Under the pieces are notes generated by a model, which saw only the letters and a list, made by a program, of their open reading frames with translations, searched no databases and was not told the DNA's origin. From contig VEND01000050.1 of the NCBI GenBank assembly GCA_009711765.1, positions 8,502-72,501 of the forward strand: a stretch of 64,000 nucleotides of DNA, written 5' to 3'. Within the stretch, counting starts at the first letter, position 1. Every line of letters starts with the position of its first letter. Positions 10,654-20,100 of the stretch are shown here, piece by piece. The position numbers and the translations under genes were made by a program. This stretch comes from Bacillota bacterium. GTDB lineage: Bacteria > Bacillota > Clostridia > Tissierellales > MES13.

Positions 10654-11064
10654 ATGAATAAGAAGCTATTAGTAAAAAAAGCTATAGAATCTAAGGATAA
10701 TGCATATGTACCCTATTCAAATTTTCATGTAGGAGCAGCCGTTATGACAGAAAAAGGTAATATTTATACAGGTTGTAATATAGAATCTGCTGCTTATACA
10801 CCTACTATATGCGCTGAAAGAACTGCTATATTTAAAGCTGTTTCTGAAGGTGAGAAAAATATTATAGCAATTGCAATAACAGGAGACTCTGAATACACTT
10901 ATCCATGTGGAGTGTGCAGACAAGTAATTAGAGAATTTGGTAGAAACGCAAAAATATACATAGTAAAATCAGAAAAAGAATATAGGGAATATACTATAGA
11001 TGATTTACTTCCCCATAGTTTTGGACCAGAGGATTTAACTAAAGGAAAAAGAAAGGAAGAATAA
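10654..11064 (+). CDS. cdd: Cytidine deaminase
   Basis: Zinc-binding motifs CAERTAIF and PCGVCRQ. 136 aa. It sits immediately upstream of era. Confidence 0.9.
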   Translation: MNKKLLVKKAIESKDNAYVPYSNFHVGAAVMTEKGNIYTGCNIESAAYTPTICAERTAIFKAVSEGEKNIIAIAITGDSEYTYPCGVCRQVIREFGRNAKIYIVKSEKEYREYTIDDLLPHSFGPEDLTKGKRKEE

Positions 11065-11065
11065 A

Positions 11066-11953
11066 ATGGAATATAAATCAGGATTTGTTACAATAATAGG
11101 CAGACCAAATGTAGGTAAATCAACATTAATAAATAGAATAATAGGTGAAAAAATAGCTATAACTTCTAAAAAGCCTCAAACGACTAGAAATAAAATACAA
11201 TGTATATATACAGAAGATGATTTTCAAATTGTTTTTTTAGATACTCCAGGGATGCATAAGCCTAAAAATAAATTAGGGGATTTTATGACTGGGGAAATAA
11301 ACAACTCTTTAAAGGATATTGATGTAGTATTATGTATGGTGGATAATAGTATGGAAATAGGACCAGGAGATAGATATATTATTGAAGAAATGAAAAAAAT
11401 ATCATCTCCCAAAATACTTGTGATAAATAAAGCTGATAAATTAAATAATAAAAAATTAGAAAAAATAGTTAATAACTATAAAGAATTAAAAGTATTTGAA
11501 AAAATTGTTCCAATCTCAGCTTTACAAGGAAAGAATATAGAAGGATTATTAAAAGATATTAAAGAATTTTTACCTAAAGGACCACAATATTATCCAGAAG
11601 ATATGATAACGGACCAACCTGAGAGGTTAATAGTAGCAGAAATGATTAGGGAAAAAGCTCTTCACTATTTAGATCAAGAAGTTCCTCATGGAATTGCAGT
11701 TAAGGTAAATAAAATGTCTACAAGAAAAGATAAAGATTTAGTCGATATAAGTGCTACAATTTTCTGTGAAAGGGATTCTCACAAGGGTATAATTATTGGG
11801 AAAAATGGTAGAAAATTAAAAGGTATAGGAAAGAGTTCAAGACAAAATATTGAAAAATTATTAGGAAGTAAAGTAAATTTACAATTATGGGTAAAAGTTA
11901 ATAAAAATTGGAGAGAAAAGGATAAAATGGTCAAACGTATGGGCTATAAATAA
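11066..11953 (+). CDS. era: GTPase Era
   Basis: G1 GRPNVGKST, G3 DTPG, G4 NKAD and a C-terminal KH domain (HKGIIIGKNGRKLK). Confidence 0.95.
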   Translation: MEYKSGFVTIIGRPNVGKSTLINRIIGEKIAITSKKPQTTRNKIQCIYTEDDFQIVFLDTPGMHKPKNKLGDFMTGEINNSLKDIDVVLCMVDNSMEIGPGDRYIIEEMKKISSPKILVINKADKLNNKKLEKIVNNYKELKVFEKIVPISALQGKNIEGLLKDIKEFLPKGPQYYPEDMITDQPERLIVAEMIREKALHYLDQEVPHGIAVKVNKMSTRKDKDLVDISATIFCERDSHKGIIIGKNGRKLKGIGKSSRQNIEKLLGSKVNLQLWVKVNKNWREKDKMVKRMGYK

Positions 11954-12067
11954 AATTTCAGTAGCATCAATTAAACTTTAACTTAAATTACACAAATTGT
12001 ATTGAATAATTGTCATCATTATTAACAAACTAATGATATATAATAATCATTAATAGGAGGCATGATT

Positions 12068-12229
12068 ATGTTAAATAATGATATGTGGAAAATATTTGAA
12101 GCTACTGGAAGACTAGAAGCCTATCTTTATTGTAAAGATATTTTAAATATAGATACTAATAAAACTAACAAAGCGTTTATAACTGATAGGGAAGATAATT
12201 TACAATTAAATAAAAGTAATCTAAGTTAA
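12068..12229 (+). CDS. yqzL: YqzL-family small protein (below the ORF-track size cut-off)
   Basis: Read directly from the sequence: M LNNDMWKIFEATGRLEAYLYCKDIL... stop TAA at 12227-12229. GGAGG at 12056-12060 lies 7 nt before ATG 12068; an in-frame ATG at 12062 is too close to the SD. It sits between era and recO, exactly where yqzL lies in Bacillus. Confidence 0.6.
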   Translation: MLNNDMWKIFEATGRLEAYLYCKDILNIDTNKTNKAFITDREDNLQLNKSNLS

Positions 12230-12244
12230 TATTGAGGTGTATTA

Positions 12245-12988
12245 ATGATAGTAAAATGTGAGGGGATAGTTCTTAAGCAAATTAAGTTTAAAGACAATGA
12301 TAAAATACTTACAATTTTCACAAAAGATAATGGAAAAATTCAAGCTATAGCAAAAGGTGCAAGAAAACCAAAGAGTAAATTAATAGCTAGCACCCAACTT
12401 TTTTGCTATAGCAATTTTGTAGCATATAAAGGTAAAAACTTCTATAATATTAATCAAGGGGAGATTGTAGAGTCTTTTTATCCTATAAGAGAAGATCTTA
12501 ATAAATTAGCTTACGCTACCTATGTAATGGAACTTGTTTATTCAGCAACTGCAGAAGAAGAGGTTAATACAAAATTGTTTGGATTAATATTAAAAACTAT
12601 GAAATTAATGGCTTTTACTGAAATCGATTTATTAAAACTAATAAGAGCTTTTGAAATTAAATATATAAGTTTTTTAGGCTATAAACCACACTTAAAAAAT
12701 TGTGTTAATTGTAATGGACAGTTGAATAAAGAAATTAGATTTAGTTTAAACTACGGAGGAATATTATGTAAAAAATGCAAACGCAAGGATAAATATGCAT
12801 TTAAAATAAGTACTAAAATTTTTAATACATTAAATAGATTACTCTATTGTCATTTAGATGAATTAAGTAAAGTTAATATAGATAAAGAATCCATGAAAAA
12901 AATAGAAAAGATATTAATTAAATACATTTTAAAGCAAATTGATAGGAATAATTTTAAATCTTTAGATTTTATAAATACATTAAAATAG
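12245..12988 (+). CDS. recO: DNA repair protein RecO
   Basis: 247 aa with an OB-fold N-terminus (EGIVLKQIKFKDNDKILTIFTKDNGKIQAIAKGARKPKSK) and a Cys4 zinc finger (CVNCNG...CKKCKR). Confidence 0.9.
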   Translation: MIVKCEGIVLKQIKFKDNDKILTIFTKDNGKIQAIAKGARKPKSKLIASTQLFCYSNFVAYKGKNFYNINQGEIVESFYPIREDLNKLAYATYVMELVYSATAEEEVNTKLFGLILKTMKLMAFTEIDLLKLIRAFEIKYISFLGYKPHLKNCVNCNGQLNKEIRFSLNYGGILCKKCKRKDKYAFKISTKIFNTLNRLLYCHLDELSKVNIDKESMKKIEKILIKYILKQIDRNNFKSLDFINTLK

Positions 12989-12999
12989 GAGGTATATTT

Positions 13000-13476
13000 A
13001 TGGATATCACATTAGAAAAGATTGATACTTTAAGAGAAAGAGCTGGTATAAGCTATAAAGAAGCCAAGGAAATCCTTGAAAAAAATGATGGAGATTTACT
13101 GGAATCTTTAATCTATCTTGAAGAAAATGAAAAGTCCTGGACAGATAATATATCCGGTAAAGGAGATGAAATTCTAGCAAAATTAAAAGAATACATTAGA
13201 AAGGGTAACGTTACAAAAGTGTTACTTAAAAAAGATGAAGAGATTGTAATGAATATACCAGTAACAGCAGGAGCAATAGGGGCTGTCCTTTCTCCACCAA
13301 TAACAGCTATTGCATTTACTGCTGCATTAGTTTCTAAACATACATTAGAAATAGTAAAAGAAGATGGTGAAGTAGTAAATATAAGTGAAATGGCAGAAAA
13401 AACAGTAGATAAAGTAAAAAGAACTAATAAATCTGAAGGTTATAATAAAGAATATAAAGAAAATAATGATAAATAG
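13000..13476 (+). CDS. UBA/TS-N-like N-terminal domain protein with DUF4342-like C-terminus
   Basis: The N-terminus (KIDTLRERAGISYKEAKEILEKNDGDLLESLIYLEE) resembles the EF-Ts/UBA-like fold. The C-terminal part has a hydrophobic Ala/Gly-rich segment. Function unknown. Confidence 0.5.
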   Translation: MDITLEKIDTLRERAGISYKEAKEILEKNDGDLLESLIYLEENEKSWTDNISGKGDEILAKLKEYIRKGNVTKVLLKKDEEIVMNIPVTAGAIGAVLSPPITAIAFTAALVSKHTLEIVKEDGEVVNISEMAEKTVDKVKRTNKSEGYNKEYKENNDK

Positions 13477-13478
13477 TA

Positions 13479-13507
13479 TTGACAAAATAATGATTATTTG
13501 CTAAATT
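13479..13507 (+). promoter_or_regulatory. Sigma-A type promoter for the glyQS leader
   Basis: TTGACA (13479-13484), a 17-nt spacer, then TAAATT (13502-13507). Confidence 0.5.
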
Positions 13508-13519
13508 ATCTATATACAA

Positions 13520-13717
13520 AATAATTTGCTATGATAAAGAGGAGTAGACAATTTTAATTATTTAAGCGAGTCAGGAAGGGTGAAAGCCTGATATAATAAA
13601 TTGTTGAAAGGCGCTTTTGAGCAAATTTTCAAAGAGGGTATGTTTTTAAAATATACCAATTAGGGTGGAACCGCGGAATTAACCTTTCGTCCCTAGCCAG
13701 GGATGGAGGGTTTTTTT
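13520..13717 (+). promoter_or_regulatory. T-box leader (tRNA-Gly, GGC specifier) with terminator
   Basis: Stem I elements (AGAGGAGTAG, GGTGAAAG). Specifier loop GAAAGGCG with GGC at 13610-13612. Conserved T-box AATTAGGGTGGAACCGCGG at 13658-13676. Terminator CCTTTCGTCCCT/AGGGATGGAGGG (13683-13710) followed by T7. Located upstream of glyQ. Confidence 0.85.
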
Positions 13718-13756
13718 ATATGTTTAAAAAATGCATGTATATAAAGGAGGTAAAAT

Positions 13757-14641
13757 ATGTATTTACAAGATTTAATATTAACTTTACAGAAATACTGGGG
13801 AGAAAAAGATTGTCTTATAATGCAACCCTATGATGTAGAAAAGGGAGCAGGTACTATGAATCCACGTACTTTTCTTAGATCTTTAGGACCTGAGCCTTGG
13901 AAAGTTGTTTATGTTGAACCTTCAAGGAGACCAGCAGATGCTAGATATGGAGAAAATCCTAATAGGGTTTATCAGCACCATCAGATACAAGTTATCTTAA
14001 AACCGTCTCCAGAAGATGTTCAAGAACAATATCTAGATAGTTTAAAAGCTATAGGGATAGATCCTTTAAAGCATGATATAAGATTTGTTGAAGATAACTG
14101 GGAAGCCCCAACCTTAGGTGCATGGGGATTAGGATGGGAAGTTTGGTTAGATGGAATGGAAATAACTCAATTTACTTATTTTCAGCAAGTTGGTGGAATT
14201 AACTGCGAATTAGAATCTGCCGAACTTACTTATGGATTAGAAAGAATTGCTATGTATTTACAAGATGTAGATAATGTATTTGATATAGAATGGGTAAAGG
14301 GAGTTAAATATGGAGAGATATTTAAACAAGCTGAATACGAACACTCTGTATACAGTTTTGATGAAGCCGATGTAGATGTTTTGTTTGATTTGTTTGATAC
14401 CTACGAAAAACAAGCAAAAGAATTAATAGATAAAAATCTAGTATATCCAGCATATGATTTTGTTTTAAAATGTTCTCATACATTCAATGTTTTAGATGCA
14501 AGAGGGGCAATAAGTGTTACTGAGAGAACAAGTTATATTTCAAAAGTAAGAAACCTTGCACGTTTAGTCGCTTCTGAATATGTGGAAAAGAGAGAAAAAC
14601 TAGGATTTCCATTATTAAAGGAAGGTGAAGATAATGAATAA
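13757..14641 (+). CDS. glyQ: Glycine--tRNA ligase alpha subunit
   Basis: Highly conserved sequence ([14 protein letters not shown]...[17 protein letters not shown]...). Confidence 0.95.
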   Translation: MYLQDLILTLQKYWGEKDCLIMQPYDVEKGAGTMNPRTFLRSLGPEPWKVVYVEPSRRPADARYGENPNRVYQHHQIQVILKPSPEDVQEQYLDSLKAIGIDPLKHDIRFVEDNWEAPTLGAWGLGWEVWLDGMEITQFTYFQQVGGINCELESAELTYGLERIAMYLQDVDNVFDIEWVKGVKYGEIFKQAEYEHSVYSFDEADVDVLFDLFDTYEKQAKELIDKNLVYPAYDFVLKCSHTFNVLDARGAISVTERTSYISKVRNLARLVASEYVEKREKLGFPLLKEGEDNE

Positions 14642-16703
14642 ATTTCTTTTAGAAATAGGTACAGAGGAAATACCATCTAGATTTATTGATGATTCTTTAA
14701 ATCAACTTAAAAACAACATAATGTCTACTTTAAAAGAAGAAAGAATTTCTTTTGAAGATATTAAGGTCTATGCAACTCCAAGAAGATTAGTAGCTATAAT
14801 TAATAAAATTTCTGATTTTCAATCTGACTTAGAAGAGTTAGTAAAAGGGCCTTCTAAAAAAATTGGATATGATGAAAAAGGTAATCCTACTAAAGCATTA
14901 GAGGGATTTGCTAGAGGTCAAGGTGTTGTTTTAGAAGATATTATAATTAAGGATTTTAAAGGTGAAGAATATATCTATGCTAATAAAGTCCAAAAGGGTA
15001 AAAAGGTAACAGAAGTTTTACAAAATGAGTTGCCTCAAATAATAAAAAATATTAATTTCCCAAAACCAATGAAATGGGGAGGAAAGAACTTAAAATTTGC
15101 AAGACCCATAAGATGGATAATTTCATTATTTAATGATGAAATAGTAGAATTTGATTTAGAAGGAATTATTGTAGGTAATGTAACTAGAGGACATAGATTT
15201 TTAGGTTCATCTAATATAAAGATAGGAAATGTAGATGAGTATTTTGATAAGTTAAGAGAAAATTATGTAATAGTAGATCAAAAAGAAAGAATGGAAATTA
15301 TAAAAAGTGGATGTGAAAAGCTTGCTAAGGAGAAGGGTGGTAATTTATTACAGGATAAAGGATTACTTAAAGAATTAACTTATATTGTTGAATATCCAAC
15401 TCCTTTGATAGGAAACATTAATCATAAATTTTTAGAATTACCTAAAGAAGTTATAACTACTCCAATGAAGGAACATCAAAGATATTATCCTGTAGTGGAT
15501 GATAAAGATAGATTATTACCATATTTTATAGCAGTAAGAAATGGAAACAAAGAGTACTTAGATACTGTTGCTAAGGGAAATGAGAAAGTTATAGAAGCAA
15601 GACTTGAAGATGCTAAGTTTTTCTTTGAAGAAGATACAAAATATAACTTAGAAGATTATGTTGATAAATTAAAAAATGTTGTATTTCAAGAGAAGTTAGG
15701 AACAATTTATGATAAGACAGTAAGAATTAAAGAATTAACTGCTCATTTATCAGAAATTTTACAACTAGGTGAAGAGACAGAAAGTAATATACAAAGAGCA
15801 GCTTTCTTATCAAAAGCTGATCTAGTTACTAATATGGTTAATGAATTTAGTGAATTACAAGGAATTATGGGAAGAGAATATGCTAAAATATCAGGAGAAA
15901 ACGAAATAGTAAGTTTAGCTGTTTATGAACATTATCTTCCAAGATTTTCAGAAGATGAATATCCAACGACAACAGCAGGAGCTGTTATTAGTATAGCAGA
16001 TAAATTAGATACTATATGTGGCTGTTTTGCAATAGGAATTCAACCAACAGGCTCACAGGACCCTTATGGTCTTAGAAGACAGGCCTTAGGGATTATTAAC
16101 ATTATTCTAGATAAAAATATAAATATTTCTATAGATGAATTAATTGATAACTCTTTATCTATATACAAAAGTAATATTGACTTTAATATTGATAAAGTTA
16201 AAGAGGAAATCATTAAATTTTTCAAAGCTAGAATGAAAAATATGTTTATTAATAACGGGATAAGATATGATGTAGTAGATGCTATAATTAATGTAAATAA
16301 TAATATTACAGATCTTCATACTAGAGCTATAGAACTTAATAAATGGATAGAGAAAGATGAATTAGAAGAAGTTCTTACTGCATTTAATAGGGTTGTTAAA
16401 TTAGCGAATAAAGCTAATGAAACTAAGATTGATAAGGATTTACTAAAAGAAGGAGAAGAGAAAAAACTTTATCAAGTGTTTAGTGATGTCAAAGAAACAA
16501 TACTATCATATATCAATGAAAGAGAGTATGATAAAGCCCTAGATGTATTACTTGATTTAAAAAACCCTATAGATGATTTTTTCGATAATGTTATGGTTAT
16601 GGTTGATAATGAAGATTTAAAATGTAATAGATTAGCATTAATAAAAACTATTGCAAATACTATGAATAAAATATGTGACTTATCAAAAATAAAAAATAAA
16701 TAG
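14634..16703 (+). CDS. glyS: Glycine--tRNA ligase beta subunit
   Basis: Begins [14 protein letters not shown].... The start is set at ATG 14634 (AAGGAAGG 8 nt upstream) rather than the track's GTG 14625. It overlaps the glyQ stop. Confidence 0.95.
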   Translation: MNKFLLEIGTEEIPSRFIDDSLNQLKNNIMSTLKEERISFEDIKVYATPRRLVAIINKISDFQSDLEELVKGPSKKIGYDEKGNPTKALEGFARGQGVVLEDIIIKDFKGEEYIYANKVQKGKKVTEVLQNELPQIIKNINFPKPMKWGGKNLKFARPIRWIISLFNDEIVEFDLEGIIVGNVTRGHRFLGSSNIKIGNVDEYFDKLRENYVIVDQKERMEIIKSGCEKLAKEKGGNLLQDKGLLKELTYIVEYPTPLIGNINHKFLELPKEVITTPMKEHQRYYPVVDDKDRLLPYFIAVRNGNKEYLDTVAKGNEKVIEARLEDAKFFFEEDTKYNLEDYVDKLKNVVFQEKLGTIYDKTVRIKELTAHLSEILQLGEETESNIQRAAFLSKADLVTNMVNEFSELQGIMGREYAKISGENEIVSLAVYEHYLPRFSEDEYPTTTAGAVISIADKLDTICGCFAIGIQPTGSQDPYGLRRQALGIINIILDKNINISIDELIDNSLSIYKSNIDFNIDKVKEEIIKFFKARMKNMFINNGIRYDVVDAIINVNNNITDLHTRAIELNKWIEKDELEEVLTAFNRVVKLANKANETKIDKDLLKEGEEKKLYQVFSDVKETILSYINEREYDKALDVLLDLKNPIDDFFDNVMVMVDNEDLKCNRLALIKTIANTMNKICDLSKIKNK

Positions 16704-16708
16704 ATATA

Positions 16709-16737
16709 CAAATGCGGCTTAAAGTCGCATTTGTTTT
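16709..16737 (+). terminator. Rho-independent terminator after glyS
   Basis: CAAATGCG / CGCATTTG stem with extra inner pairs, followed by TTTT. Confidence 0.8.
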
Positions 16738-16763
16738 ATCTTAGAAATGCATTTTGAGGTTTC

Positions 16764-16793
16764 TTGACCATAATGTAGACATTTTGATAAAAT
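16764..16793 (+). promoter_or_regulatory. Sigma-A type promoter (extended -10) for ccpN-yqfL
   Basis: TTGACC (16764-16769), an 18-nt spacer, then TGaTAAAAT (16785-16793). Confidence 0.5.
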
Positions 16794-16826
16794 ACTATTA
16801 AGTTATTTACCCAATAATATGAGAGG

Positions 16827-17471
16827 GTGAGAAAAATTCAACTAACAGAAAGGCAAGAGAAGATAATAGATATAGTAAGGGATAATGAGCCTATAACAAG
16901 TGAAAATATTGCAAAAAAGTTAAAACTTACAAGAGCTACCTTAAGACCTGATCTTTCGATATTAACAATGAGTGGTATTTTAGATGCTAGACCAAAGGTA
17001 GGATACTTTTATTCTGGCAAATCGAATATAAACTTATTTTTAGATAAAATTAATAGTATTAAGGTATCTGAAATAAAGTCAGTACCTGTTGTTGTAGATG
17101 AAGAAACCACTGTTTATGATGCTATTGTAACTTTGTTTTTAGAAGATGTCGGAACAATTTTTGTTATAACTGATGGTTTATTATCAGGTGTAGTTTCAAG
17201 AAAAGACTTTTTAAAAAATGCAATAGGTGGAATTGATATACATAAGATTCCAGTAGGTGTAATTATGAATAGGATGCCTAATATAGTTTTGACTTTTCCA
17301 GATGAGTCAATTTTAGATGCAGCTATAAAATTAATTGACCACGAAATTGATAGTGTTCCTGTAGTTGAAGAAATACAAAATGATAATAAAGTTAAAGGAT
17401 ACAAGGTAATAGGTAGAATTTCTAAAACTAATATAACTAATGTATTTGTTGATTTAGGTATACAAGGTTAG
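16827..17471 (+). CDS. ccpN: CcpN-like transcriptional repressor (wHTH + CBS pair)
   Basis: N-terminal HTH (ITSENIAKKLKLTRATLRPDLSILTMSGILDARPKVGYFY) and two CBS domains. Paired with yqfL as in Bacillus. The start is uncertain: the GTG at 16827 abuts the purine-rich GAGAGGG, while an in-frame ATT at 16836 has better spacing. Confidence 0.8.
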   Translation: MRKIQLTERQEKIIDIVRDNEPITSENIAKKLKLTRATLRPDLSILTMSGILDARPKVGYFYSGKSNINLFLDKINSIKVSEIKSVPVVVDEETTVYDAIVTLFLEDVGTIFVITDGLLSGVVSRKDFLKNAIGGIDIHKIPVGVIMNRMPNIVLTFPDESILDAAIKLIDHEIDSVPVVEEIQNDNKVKGYKVIGRISKTNITNVFVDLGIQG

Positions 17472-17480
17472 GAGGTAATT

Positions 17481-18296
17481 ATGAATAAAAATACTGTTGT
17501 TTATGTTTTATCAGATTCAATAGGAGAAACAGGTGAACAAGTTGCTAAAGCAGCTGTAAGTCAATTCAACTCAGGAAAATATGAAACAAGAAGGTTTCCA
17601 TATATTACTGAAGAGAAACAGATAATAGAAATCTTAGAAGAAGCAAAGGAAGAAAAGTGTATTATAGTATTTACTATAGTAGTAGAAGAATTGAGAAATA
17701 TACTTATTCAGAAAGCGAAAGAATATGATATTAAAGCTATAGATTTAATGGAACCTATACTTGAAGGTCTAAAATCAGTAGTCGGATCATCACCTAAAAG
17801 AGAGCCAGGATTAATAAGAAGATTAGATGAGAAGTATTTTAGAAAAGTAGAGGCTGTTGAGTTTGCAGTTAAATATGATGATGGAAAAGATTCAAGAGGT
17901 ATAAAGAAAGCAGATATAGTTTTGATAGGAGTTTCTAGGACTTCTAAAACACCTTTGAGTATGTATTTAGCACATAGAAATATTAAGGTGGCAAATGTAC
18001 CATTAATTCCGGAAGTAGCAGCACCAAAGGAGTTATTTGACATAGATCCTAAAAAGATTATTGGGTTAACAGCAAATCCTATAAAATTAAATGAAATTAG
18101 ACAAGAAAGGTTAAAAGCACTAGGGTTAAATGATACAGCAAATTATGCTAGTATGGAAAGAATATTAAGTGAAATTGAATATGCAGAGGAATTAATGAAA
18201 AAGTTAAAGTGTACAGTTATTGATGTCTCTAATAAAGCTGTAGAAGAAACTGCAAGCTTGATATTTGAAATGATAAGAGATGATGAAATTAGTTAA
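17481..18296 (+). CDS. yqfL: Pyruvate, phosphate dikinase regulatory protein (DUF299 kinase/pyrophosphorylase)
   Basis: 271 aa with P-loop-like GVSRTSKTPLSMYLA. Conserved partner of ccpN. Confidence 0.9.
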   Translation: MNKNTVVYVLSDSIGETGEQVAKAAVSQFNSGKYETRRFPYITEEKQIIEILEEAKEEKCIIVFTIVVEELRNILIQKAKEYDIKAIDLMEPILEGLKSVVGSSPKREPGLIRRLDEKYFRKVEAVEFAVKYDDGKDSRGIKKADIVLIGVSRTSKTPLSMYLAHRNIKVANVPLIPEVAAPKELFDIDPKKIIGLTANPIKLNEIRQERLKALGLNDTANYASMERILSEIEYAEELMKKLKCTVIDVSNKAVEETASLIFEMIRDDEIS

Positions 18297-18316
18297 ACGG
18301 CCTTTGGCCGTTTTTT
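18296..18316 (+). terminator. Rho-independent terminator after yqfL
   Basis: AACGGCC ttt GGCCGTT followed by a T-run. Confidence 0.85.
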
Positions 18317-18493
18317 ATCTTTTATATATAAACAGAGGTAGGTAATAATTAAAACAAATTTCACATTAACTAATTAAATCTGTAATAAATAGTTGATTAA
18401 CATTATTTAATAATTAAAATAAAGGAAATTTGGTATATTTGTTGTATTTATAAATACAATATATTTTAGAACAAATAAAAAAAGAAAGGGAGC

Positions 18494-19504
18494 ATGTATG
18501 TGAATATAAGGTTGAATACAGAAAAAATTGAAAGAGAAATCTTATGTAAAACTGCTACCTTAAGTTCAGATTCAAAGGGAAGAGAAAAAAGAGAAGAAAA
18601 ATGTTCAATAAGAACTGAATTTCAAAGAGATAGAGATAGAATAATTCACTCTAAAGCATTTAGGCGATTAAAACATAAAACTCAAGTCTTTATAGCTCCA
18701 GAAAGTGATCATTATAGAACACGATTAACTCATACGTTAGAGGTTAATCAAATATCAAGAACTTTAGCAAGAGCATTAAAGTTAAATGAAGATTTAACTG
18801 AAGCTATAGCTTTAGGACATGATTTAGGGCATACACCATTTGGACACACAGGTGAACAAATCCTAGATAAACTCCATACAGGAGGATTTAAACATAATGA
18901 ACAAAGTCTTAGGATAGTAGATTACCTTGAATTTAGAAGGGGTAAAAGAGGATTAAATTTAACATATGAAGTAAGAGATGGAATATTAAAGCATACAGGT
19001 GAAAATAATCCAAGCACTTTAGAGGGGCAAATTGTTAAAATAGCAGATAGAATAGCTTATATAAATCATGATATAGATGATTCTATTAGAGCAGAGATTT
19101 TATCTATAAAAGATTTACCAAAAGATTGTTTGAATATTCTAGGTGCTAATCATGGTGAAAGAATAAATACTATGATAGTAGATATTATAAATAATAGTTA
19201 TGGGAAAACACAAATAAACATGAGTGAAAAGACTTTGTATTATACAAATAAGTTAAGAAATTTTATGTTTGAAAATGTATATTTGAATAAAAATGCAAAA
19301 AAGCAGGATGATAAGGCTCTATATGTATTAGAACAGTTATATAGTTATTATATAAAAAACTTTGAAGAGATTCCTTTAGAGTTAAGGGAATGTAAGAAAT
19401 CTAAAGAAGATATTGTATGTTATTATATTGCAGGTATGACAGATAAATATGCTATTAATCTTTTTAACAAAATTTTTGTGCCAACTCCATGGAGAAGAAA
19501 CTAA
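18494..19504 (+). CDS. dGTP triphosphohydrolase-like HD-domain protein
   Basis: Motifs FQRDRDRIIHS..FRRL..KTQV and RTRLTHTLEV...GHDLGHTPFGH. Confidence 0.85.
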   Translation: MYVNIRLNTEKIEREILCKTATLSSDSKGREKREEKCSIRTEFQRDRDRIIHSKAFRRLKHKTQVFIAPESDHYRTRLTHTLEVNQISRTLARALKLNEDLTEAIALGHDLGHTPFGHTGEQILDKLHTGGFKHNEQSLRIVDYLEFRRGKRGLNLTYEVRDGILKHTGENNPSTLEGQIVKIADRIAYINHDIDDSIRAEILSIKDLPKDCLNILGANHGERINTMIVDIINNSYGKTQINMSEKTLYYTNKLRNFMFENVYLNKNAKKQDDKALYVLEQLYSYYIKNFEEIPLELRECKKSKEDIVCYYIAGMTDKYAINLFNKIFVPTPWRRN

Positions 19505-19588
19505 AAAAAAATAAAAAAAAGAAGGAAAAAGTAATTTTATGTCGAATATATTTTTTTGGGAATTTCTTGACGTATAAGGAATGATTTT

Positions 19589-20032
19589 ATGAAAATTTTA
19601 GTAGATGCAGATTCATGTCCAGTTAAGGATATAATAATTGAGTTAGGAGTAGAATATAATTTAGAAGTGTATTTTGTTACAAATATTAACCATATATTAG
19701 AAGTGGGTGATAAAGCTAATACAATCATAGTTGATAATCATAGTCAAGCAGCTGATATTGCAATTATTAATAAAGCTGAACAAGGAGATATAGTAATAAC
19801 AAATGATTACGGATTAGCTTCAATGGCTTTATCTAAAAAATGTTTTAGTATATCAGCAAGAGGATATATATATAACAATAAGAATATAAACAATTTGTTG
19901 AATACAAGACATATAACTATGAAATTGAGAAAAAGTAATAAATGTAAAATAAAAGGACCAAGAAAAAGAAAAAGTGCAGATGATAATAAATTTAAAAAGA
20001 ATTTAGAATTGTTGATACTAAAAAATGGATAG
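19589..20032 (+). CDS. yqxD: YaiI/YqxD family protein (DUF188)
   Basis: Begins MKILVDADSCPVK.... Located immediately upstream of dnaG, as yqxD is in Bacillus. Confidence 0.85.
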   Translation: MKILVDADSCPVKDIIIELGVEYNLEVYFVTNINHILEVGDKANTIIVDNHSQAADIAIINKAEQGDIVITNDYGLASMALSKKCFSISARGYIYNNKNINNLLNTRHITMKLRKSNKCKIKGPRKRKSADDNKFKKNLELLILKNG

Positions 20033-20100
20033 TAATAGTTTTTAAAAATAGGAAGGGAAACGTCAATTTTTGACGAATAGATTATATAAAGGTGGTATAT

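Noticed and set aside
16819-16830. Micro-uORF ATG AGA GGG TGA whose stop overlaps the GTG start of ccpN (GTGA), plus an alternative in-frame ATT at 16836 with ideal spacing from GAGGGTGA.
   Set aside because: This cannot be resolved from the sequence alone. The uORF has no SD of its own. I kept the track's GTG start and flagged the uncertainty in the feature.
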